Shown piece after piece: positions 58,682 through 64,000 of a stretch of DNA of 64,000 bases (position 1 is its first letter; every line of letters starts with the position of its first letter). Made by a program: the position numbers and the translations under genes. Origin of the DNA: Candidatus Bathyarchaeia archaeon (GTDB lineage Archaea; Thermoproteota; Bathyarchaeia; 40CM-2-53-6); contig JBEKVV010000003.1 in NCBI GenBank assembly GCA_049513715.1, positions 32,001 through 96,000 of the forward strand. Reading direction: 5' to 3'. The notes beneath the pieces are model-generated. The model had not been told where the DNA came from. It saw only the letters and a program-made list of their open reading frames with translations, and made no database searches.

Positions 58682-59839
58682 TCAGAGAAGGAAGGCAGTC
58701 ACGGTTGCGGCCAATGCAACCGTCACTAATATGGGAAGTACGACGGCCAAACTGTAGATAGAAGAGAGGTAGCCCGCGCCGTACGAAAGTAGAGACCCTG
58801 CGACCAACGAGAGGCCAAGGTTCCCGGCGTATGCCAAGCCCAGCCTCTTTCCTGGTACAGTTGCGCCAACTAGACCATACACCACTGGAAAGGAAAGGAA
58901 GAATGGAACGCCACTCAAGATTTCGAGAACGACAGCGACGATCCACAAATCCTTGGAGAAGGTGAGTACAGTCGCCATTGCTAGAATGATTGTGGTTAAT
59001 ACGAAAGATACTTTGAGGGTTGTTTTCTCACTGCCAAAGAAGGCTACGAACCGTCCCGCGTTGAATGTAAAGCAGACTCCAAACGCAAGCCAGAGCGCAA
59101 CTGCGAGTGCACTAATACCAGGGCTCAGCCCCAAGCTGACATTCAAGTAGAGTGGCATGAACCCTGAAAAAACCAAGTACAAGCATTGGAGAAAAACAGT
59201 GCTGAACTGTGGAATTAGAAACGACCTGCTAAACTTTCGTCCATGGCCTGCTTCAAGTAACTTTTCAGCAAGGTCAGGAGTAGCAGCCTTAGTCTCGCCA
59301 ATCCCCATCAGCCAGGCGAACGCAAACAAAGCAATTACGCAACCGACTCCCCAAAGAACAAACGGAAGGCGCCAACCCAAACTCTCCGCGATGAACCCCG
59401 TGGAAACCATTGCGAATGCCAAACTAGCATCACCAAACGCACTTTGAAATCCCAACGATGCAGCACGATTGCTCGCCGTGCGAAAGATCACGGAAAAGCT
59501 CACGGGATGGTATGCACCTGCAGCCCCTCGCAGAAGAACATAGAACAACAGCATCTGCCAGAAGCTCGTCGCTTCAACGAACACCAAATTCGCAACAGCG
59601 AGAGAAGCAAGGCCCACGAATAACACACGTTTCGTGAACCCAGCATCCGAGAAGAAACCGAACACAAATTGCATTACCACAGTCGCGAGCAAACCCGCGC
59701 TTAGGACGGTTCCAATTTCAACCAGAGAAAGGCTAAGCCCAACGCGCATAACGGGCAAAGCCGCCGAGAAAACTGCAAGCGAACCATCATTCACCGCGTG
59801 AAAAATTCCAAACGCAACCAGCTGGCGCTTGCCGCTCAA
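58682..59839 (-). CDS. MFS transporter
   Basis: HAVND, FG..SD, GAYHP, LGWR; about 12 TM. Confidence 0.88.
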   Translation of the reverse strand: MSGKRQLVAFGIFHAVNDGSLAVFSAALPVMRVGLSLSLVEIGTVLSAGLLATVVMQFVFGFFSDAGFTKRVLFVGLASLAVANLVFVEATSFWQMLLFYVLLRGAAGAYHPVSFSVIFRTASNRAASLGFQSAFGDASLAFAMVSTGFIAESLGWRLPFVLWGVGCVIALFAFAWLMGIGETKAATPDLAEKLLEAGHGRKFSRSFLIPQFSTVFLQCLYLVFSGFMPLYLNVSLGLSPGISALAVALWLAFGVCFTFNAGRFVAFFGSEKTTLKVSFVLTTIILAMATVLTFSKDLWIVAVVLEILSGVPFFLSFPVVYGLVGATVPGKRLGLAYAGNLGLSLVAGSLLSYGAGYLSSIYSLAVVLPILVTVALAATVTAFLL

Positions 59840-60063
59840 ATAACTTCAACCTTAATGCTAAACTATGTAGACGATAGACATTGGCTGTTGAATAAGGCTT
59901 CACAAGCACTACCAAGCTCGGAAACTTAAAGCAAATTCGTGTTCGTCCATTTTATGGCAAGCGCCACTAGCACACCTCGTCGTGAGCGCCAATGGGTTTC
60001 AGCGGTCAGCTAAGAAATGGTTGCACTCGACTCTCGCGAATATGAAACACAATCAGACTTGAG

Positions 60064-61401
60064 CTATCGAGGAGAGAGCATGTTCCTGTCGAGAACGAGT
60101 TCCGTCTCGGGGCATTTTCTTGCATACATCCTTTTCACGACTAGAGACATCCTTGAGCGACCACCGATTTGTTTTTCAGAAATTTCGATGATTCCGTCAA
60201 AAAGATCTGCAATTGTTTGAGTCTCGGCTTGTGTGGTGATTAGTGGATTCATCACGCATAGGATCGTGAACCCTTCGGCTTTCTTCCTAGCTAGGAAGTC
60301 GTCCATCCATTTCCTGGTCCTAGCTGCTTGGTGTTCGAGCAATGCGTCGGATAGGATGTCCATGATGAGTATTTTGCTTGCGGATGGGTCTATCAGTGGC
60401 TCCAAGATGTTGGCGAGGGAGATGTTGAGTTCGTTCAGGCTTTGAACTCCTGGGATTTTGTGGATGTTGGGTCGGGCAGGGATTATCTTGTCAGCTTGGG
60501 GGCTGAAGGCGTGGAGATTCCTTTTGTATCTATCAGCCAAGTCCCTTGTTCTGCCCAGGTCGCGTGATACAAAGAAGACTGTTCTTGAGGTCGAGATCCC
60601 TGAGGCTATGATTCTTTCTAGGAGCAAATCCGTTTCATTGCACTGGGGGGACAAGAGCAGAACGGAATAGCCAAGGGGTAAGCCGCCATCGAGAGCAGAA
60701 TCTAATGGCGGGTAACCGGTGGGCATGCATGACTCCTCCGGCTTTGAGGCTACTACCGGATGTGCGTCGCCCACGACGCCAGCTTCTCGTTCTGGAGAGG
60801 GCCTCTTCTTCCTAGCTTTGACAAGGAACAGCGAAATTGCCGAGATCACTATAACAACCAGCATAAGGCCGGTCAGAGGAATCGAAGAACCGGAAGGGGG
60901 TGCTTTCGTGGTCGTTGTCGTTGAGAGGGTGGTGTGTGAGCTGGTCGAAGTTGTTGTCACGGTTGTCACGGTTTGTTGAGGCAATTGAGTTACTGCGATT
61001 TGAAATGAACTATGAGTAGAACCCACAATTATCCCGCCCGCCAGCAAGATGGCGACGAGATCAAGCTTCCAAACTCCCGCGGTAGGTGGTGCTTGGGCAT
61101 TGTTGATGACGGTGAAGTTGTAGGCCTGGTTGAGTACGCTGACGAAACCTACGTGAATGGATTGCGTGGAGAAGGATTTGTTCGAGGCTGGGTCAATTAG
61201 GTCAACTCTTCCCGCGATGTCAATCGCAGACTTGGAACAAGTCGCCTCGAGTTGCGTTTTGACCGCAACTGTTTGGTTGGGGTTCACGTTGGCTGGAAAA
61301 TCCATGCGAGTTATTGTGATCTGGCAACCAATCACGTGGGCAGCGAAAGGCGAAGCCCAAAGGGGTGCCAGAAACCACAAGAGAAGGAGATGTAGCCGCA
61401 T
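60064..61401 (-). CDS. Membrane-anchored protein: extracellular Ig-like domain, TM, degenerate KaiC/RecA-like domain
   Basis: Signal peptide, Thr linker, TM, PTGY..LD..L.GGLP.G..VLL, LIMD.LS, DLFDGIIE, L.V.RM. Confidence 0.8.
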   Translation of the reverse strand: MRLHLLLLWFLAPLWASPFAAHVIGCQITITRMDFPANVNPNQTVAVKTQLEATCSKSAIDIAGRVDLIDPASNKSFSTQSIHVGFVSVLNQAYNFTVINNAQAPPTAGVWKLDLVAILLAGGIIVGSTHSSFQIAVTQLPQQTVTTVTTTSTSSHTTLSTTTTTKAPPSGSSIPLTGLMLVVIVISAISLFLVKARKKRPSPEREAGVVGDAHPVVASKPEESCMPTGYPPLDSALDGGLPLGYSVLLLSPQCNETDLLLERIIASGISTSRTVFFVSRDLGRTRDLADRYKRNLHAFSPQADKIIPARPNIHKIPGVQSLNELNISLANILEPLIDPSASKILIMDILSDALLEHQAARTRKWMDDFLARKKAEGFTILCVMNPLITTQAETQTIADLFDGIIEISEKQIGGRSRMSLVVKRMYARKCPETELVLDRNMLSPR

Positions 61402-61623
61402 AAAGCGTGAACCTCAACTTCCAACATGAACGTTAAGGAGTCAAGACGCCCTTCACATTTAAGCGCTCTTCACGGTCGAGTTGTCTCACGCGCAAATGCA
61501 CAATCCCAAGAAATACCAGACTCACAACGAACACGCGTTCGCGTCACGAAGGATAATGCCTCTAGCTGTCGCCGGCTGAGGTAGGTTCTATCTCGGCGAA
61601 GAAACCGACGCGCCCGAAAACTC

Positions 61624-61956
61624 GTGCTGATAGGCACAATACTTGAGAACCTCGGTGTACGCTTCAGATCCGCTGTGATAAAGAATCAGGCAACGGTGCT
61701 GATGAACGCAAAAGGAGGCTTTGAGGTACCAGTTTTTAGCCCGTACGCCAGAACGCACAAGTTCGAACTATCCGAGAAGCCAGGAAAGGCGAAAAGGTTT
61801 CAGGGAGCATGGCCCAAATGGTTGAGGGACGAAGTCAACGACCTACTGGCGCACAATGAACCATCTGAAAAAGCGTGCGGACAATCCTCAACAAATACAG
61901 TATTGCGATCAGATCACAGCACCCCCAAGCGATCGAGGGTTGAAGACGCCAAGTAG
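61624..61956 (+). CDS. Hypothetical protein or gene remnant
   Basis: 110-aa ORF ending 10 nt from the tRNA-Phe 3' end; no family recognised. Confidence 0.35.
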   Translation: MLIGTILENLGVRFRSAVIKNQATVLMNAKGGFEVPVFSPYARTHKFELSEKPGKAKRFQGAWPKWLRDEVNDLLAHNEPSEKACGQSSTNTVLRSDHSTPKRSRVEDAK

Positions 61957-61966
61957 GAAATGGAGG

Positions 61967-62108
61967 TGGTGCCGAGGGCGGGAATTTCCGGGACTGTTTG
62001 CAGTTCCTTTTGAATCCGCGATTCGGCCTACGCGTTTTCTGCGTAGTCAACCCGGTCTTCAGCTTCACCCACGTGGTCGGGTGCTCTCCCAGGCTGAGCT
62101 ACCTCGGC
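61967..62108 (-). tRNA. tRNA-Phe(GAA) with three introns (30/31: 62064-62077; 46/47: 62022-62047; 59/60: 61984-62008), CCA encoded
   Basis: Removing 14-, 26- and 25-nt inserts gives a 77-nt cloverleaf: GCCGAGG/CCTCGGC, stem CCCGG/CCGGG, loop CT-GAA-GA. Confidence 0.88.
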
Positions 62109-62291
62109 TCCGAAAGAGCCAGACTGGCGAGAAGGAATTAAGAGTTTCCCAACGTTACAGTGCGCGAAGCCCAGCTTCATCGCAAGATTCGAGTTTCATG
62201 ATATCCACAGTTGTGGTTGTGGGGTCCGCGTAATTTCAACTGGGGCTTAACGAAGGTTTTTAGGCGGATGGTGGAAACCAGTCGGAACGAT

Positions 62292-62436
62292 GGGCCGGTA
62301 GATCAGCCTGGTATGAGCATCGCTGACATGGCGAAGCGACTACATCGTCCGCTTGGCATGCTATAACAGCCCGCAATGCGGAAAGACCCTAAGAAATCCC
62401 GCAAGGTCGCGGGTTCAAATCCCGCCCGGTCCACCA
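62292..62436 (+). tRNA. tRNA-Ala(GGC) with three introns (22/23: 62316-62343; 37/38: 62359-62376; 44/45: 62384-62404), CCA encoded
   Basis: Removing 28-, 18- and 21-nt inserts gives a 78-nt cloverleaf with G3.U70, stem TCCGC/GCGGA, loop TT-GGC-AT. Confidence 0.92.
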
Positions 62437-62444
62437 CCATTACG

Positions 62445-63097
62445 TCAAGTGGTCTATTGGTGCGACGGAGGAACCTAAACTTTGGGACAATTCTTCTTGT
62501 GTAAAGGGAAAATTTCTGAACTGTTCGTTTCGAAACCACACTTATCGCACACGAATCGTTGTCCTTCCTTTTCGAACCTAGGAATCATGGTTAAACAACG
62601 CCATCAATTATCCAAGCATACACTAATACTTTGTCGATTCTCCTACCCTCACCTCAATCAAAACCCCCCGGACTGGAGGTGAGTGATGCACCGGTCTCAG
62701 AATTGGCTAGTGGTGAATTTGATGAGGGAGGAGTAGTTAGGGGGCACCCCAATAAAATCAGACAAGATTTTCGTGTATGTTTGGGCACCGGCTGACCCAC
62801 ACTATCCTGATCTAATCAGCCTCTTGACCAAAGAGTTTTAACCAAAAATCAACCATCATCCACCAGATTTCAAATGAGTAATGCGAAATCCTATCTTGCA
62901 ATATCAATGGGCATAATAATACTCCTCGCGGATTTGTGGTGGACTTGGACAAGCTACACGTATCTGCCTTGGCTAGCTGCGGGCGTAATAATAGGAGTAG
63001 CCAGCGTGATATGGATAGGTCTTGACTACGACCTTATGAAAAAGTAAACGTCCTCCGCAGAAACCGAGGCTTGCGCACCAGTAGACCACAGTGAAAC
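62445..63097. repeat. Cluster 3 of tRNA-end-derived sites (cores 62458-, about 62784+ degenerate, 63074+)
   Basis: CGCACCA-ATAGACCAC, TTTTCGTGTATGTTTG-GGCACCG-GCTGACCCACAC, CGCACCA-GTAGACCAC. Confidence 0.55.
62874..63047 (+). CDS. 57-aa two-TM membrane protein (not in ORF track)
   Basis: MSNAKSYLAISMGIIILLADLWWTWTSYTYLPWLAAGVIIGVASVIWIGLDYDLMKK; GTTTTAA box upstream. Confidence 0.7.
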   Translation: MSNAKSYLAISMGIIILLADLWWTWTSYTYLPWLAAGVIIGVASVIWIGLDYDLMKK

Positions 63098-63108
63098 GCA
63101 GAATCCCT

Positions 63109-63627
63109 TCAGGGAGCTACTTGTCCGGCGAAGACCCCTTTGTAGGCAGCAGCTCCTGTCGCTTCCTCGATTATGACTTGGCAGATCGCGGTTCCAGGAT
63201 GCAAGGCCAAGGGGAGCGGGGAGACGTTGAGGATTTCCAGAACGACTCGGCCCGTGCTCCCTGGTTGGATGAACCCACTGCTTAGATGGATCAGAAGCCC
63301 CACACGCGCAAAACGCGACCTTCCCTCGATTCGCCCACTCAAAGTGGGCGGGAATGTGAGGTTCTCCTCTGTTATTCCCTGAACAAGCTCGTTGGGCATC
63401 ATGAGCAAATGATTACCCCGATCGACTTTGACAACTCGAGTGAGTTGTTTGTAGTCGGCATCTTCACGAACATGGAAGACATCTCTCGTCTTCTCGAAGA
63501 CGCGAAACGTATCCCCGAGGTGAAGATCAATAGAAGCCGGACCGACTTGATTCTTGTTGAAGGGCTGTATCCTAATCGCTCCTTCCTCAATCAATTTGAG
63601 TATTCGATCTCGTCCGAGCGTTGCCAT
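63109..63627 (-). CDS. dcd: dCTP deaminase
   Basis: QVGPASIDL.LG, GRSRFARVGL.IH.SSGFI.PG, LEI.N, ICQ. Confidence 0.93.
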   Translation of the reverse strand: MATLGRDRILKLIEEGAIRIQPFNKNQVGPASIDLHLGDTFRVFEKTRDVFHVREDADYKQLTRVVKVDRGNHLLMMPNELVQGITEENLTFPPTLSGRIEGRSRFARVGLLIHLSSGFIQPGSTGRVVLEILNVSPLPLALHPGTAICQVIIEEATGAAAYKGVFAGQVAP

Positions 63628-63799
63628 ATGCACCCAAGCGTGGTTCCGGTATTGTAGGATGAGGTATCTGGATTTTACGCTATCTGTTAACTCGCAGGTG
63701 GCTGGTTCCTGGTTGCCGTACGCAACGCAGCGCCCAGCCCACGCCAGTCAATGGTTCAAAAAGTTTGAATTACCATGCCGACATGAATCGGTGTCAGCA

Positions 63800-64000
63800 A
63801 TGCTAACTGTTTCCGTAACCTACAAGTTTAGCCAGCGATTCCCTGTCCCAGCCCAGAAGGCCTACCAATGGTGCACTGACTACGAACCCAGTGACCTAGC
63901 ATTAATGCATGAGAAGGGCCACCGTGAAATCCGCAAAGTAACGAACGACACAATAATCTTCAAGGAAACCGTCAAACAAAACGGGAAGAATATCAGGAAA
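63800..64000 (+). CDS. 5' part of a probable SRPBCC/START-fold protein (runs off the window)
   Basis: Open frame MLTVSVTYKFSQRFPVPAQKAYQWCTDYEP... Confidence 0.55.
   Translation, partial: MLTVSVTYKFSQRFPVPAQKAYQWCTDYEPSDLALMHEKGHREIRKVTNDTIIFKETVKQNGKNIRK

Noticed and set aside
61624..61956. Integrase fragment at the tRNA-Phe 3' end
   Set aside because: The position is suggestive but no R..HxxR..Y or serine-recombinase motif is visible.

Overview
Archaeal chromosomal window, most consistent with a TACK-type lineage such as Bathyarchaeia (inferred from gene order, a PolB1-type polymerase and multi-intron tRNAs). It holds core translation genes (alaS-leuS, SUI1, two ribosomal protein clusters with ftsY, dtdA, secE, spt5, aIF6, rnp4, nep1), housekeeping enzymes, transporters and several patches of small accessory genes. 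Highlights: (1) a 15-codon Leu/Ala-rich leader ORF (MLNLLLLQALALAPR) upstream of the alaS-leuS operon, with mutually exclusive RNA pairings over the alaS Shine-Dalgarno, i.e. a candidate dual amino-acid translational attenuator in an archaeon; (2) a dispersed ~40-bp site built on the tRNA-Gly 3' end (CGCACCA core plus conserved arms) that brackets one- or two-gene accessory modules in three clusters, resembling a cassette recombination system; (3) four tRNA genes carrying 10 BHB introns, 9 at non-canonical positions, two tRNAs with deviations at near-invariant bases; (4) a ~9-kb inversion that splits the conserved ribosomal superoperon; (5) LeuRS with altered HIGH/KMSKS motifs, a PolB1-like polymerase lacking the exonuclease domain, and a membrane-anchored degenerate KaiC-like protein. 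All calls come from manual reading and motif recognition; no searches or folding programs were run.
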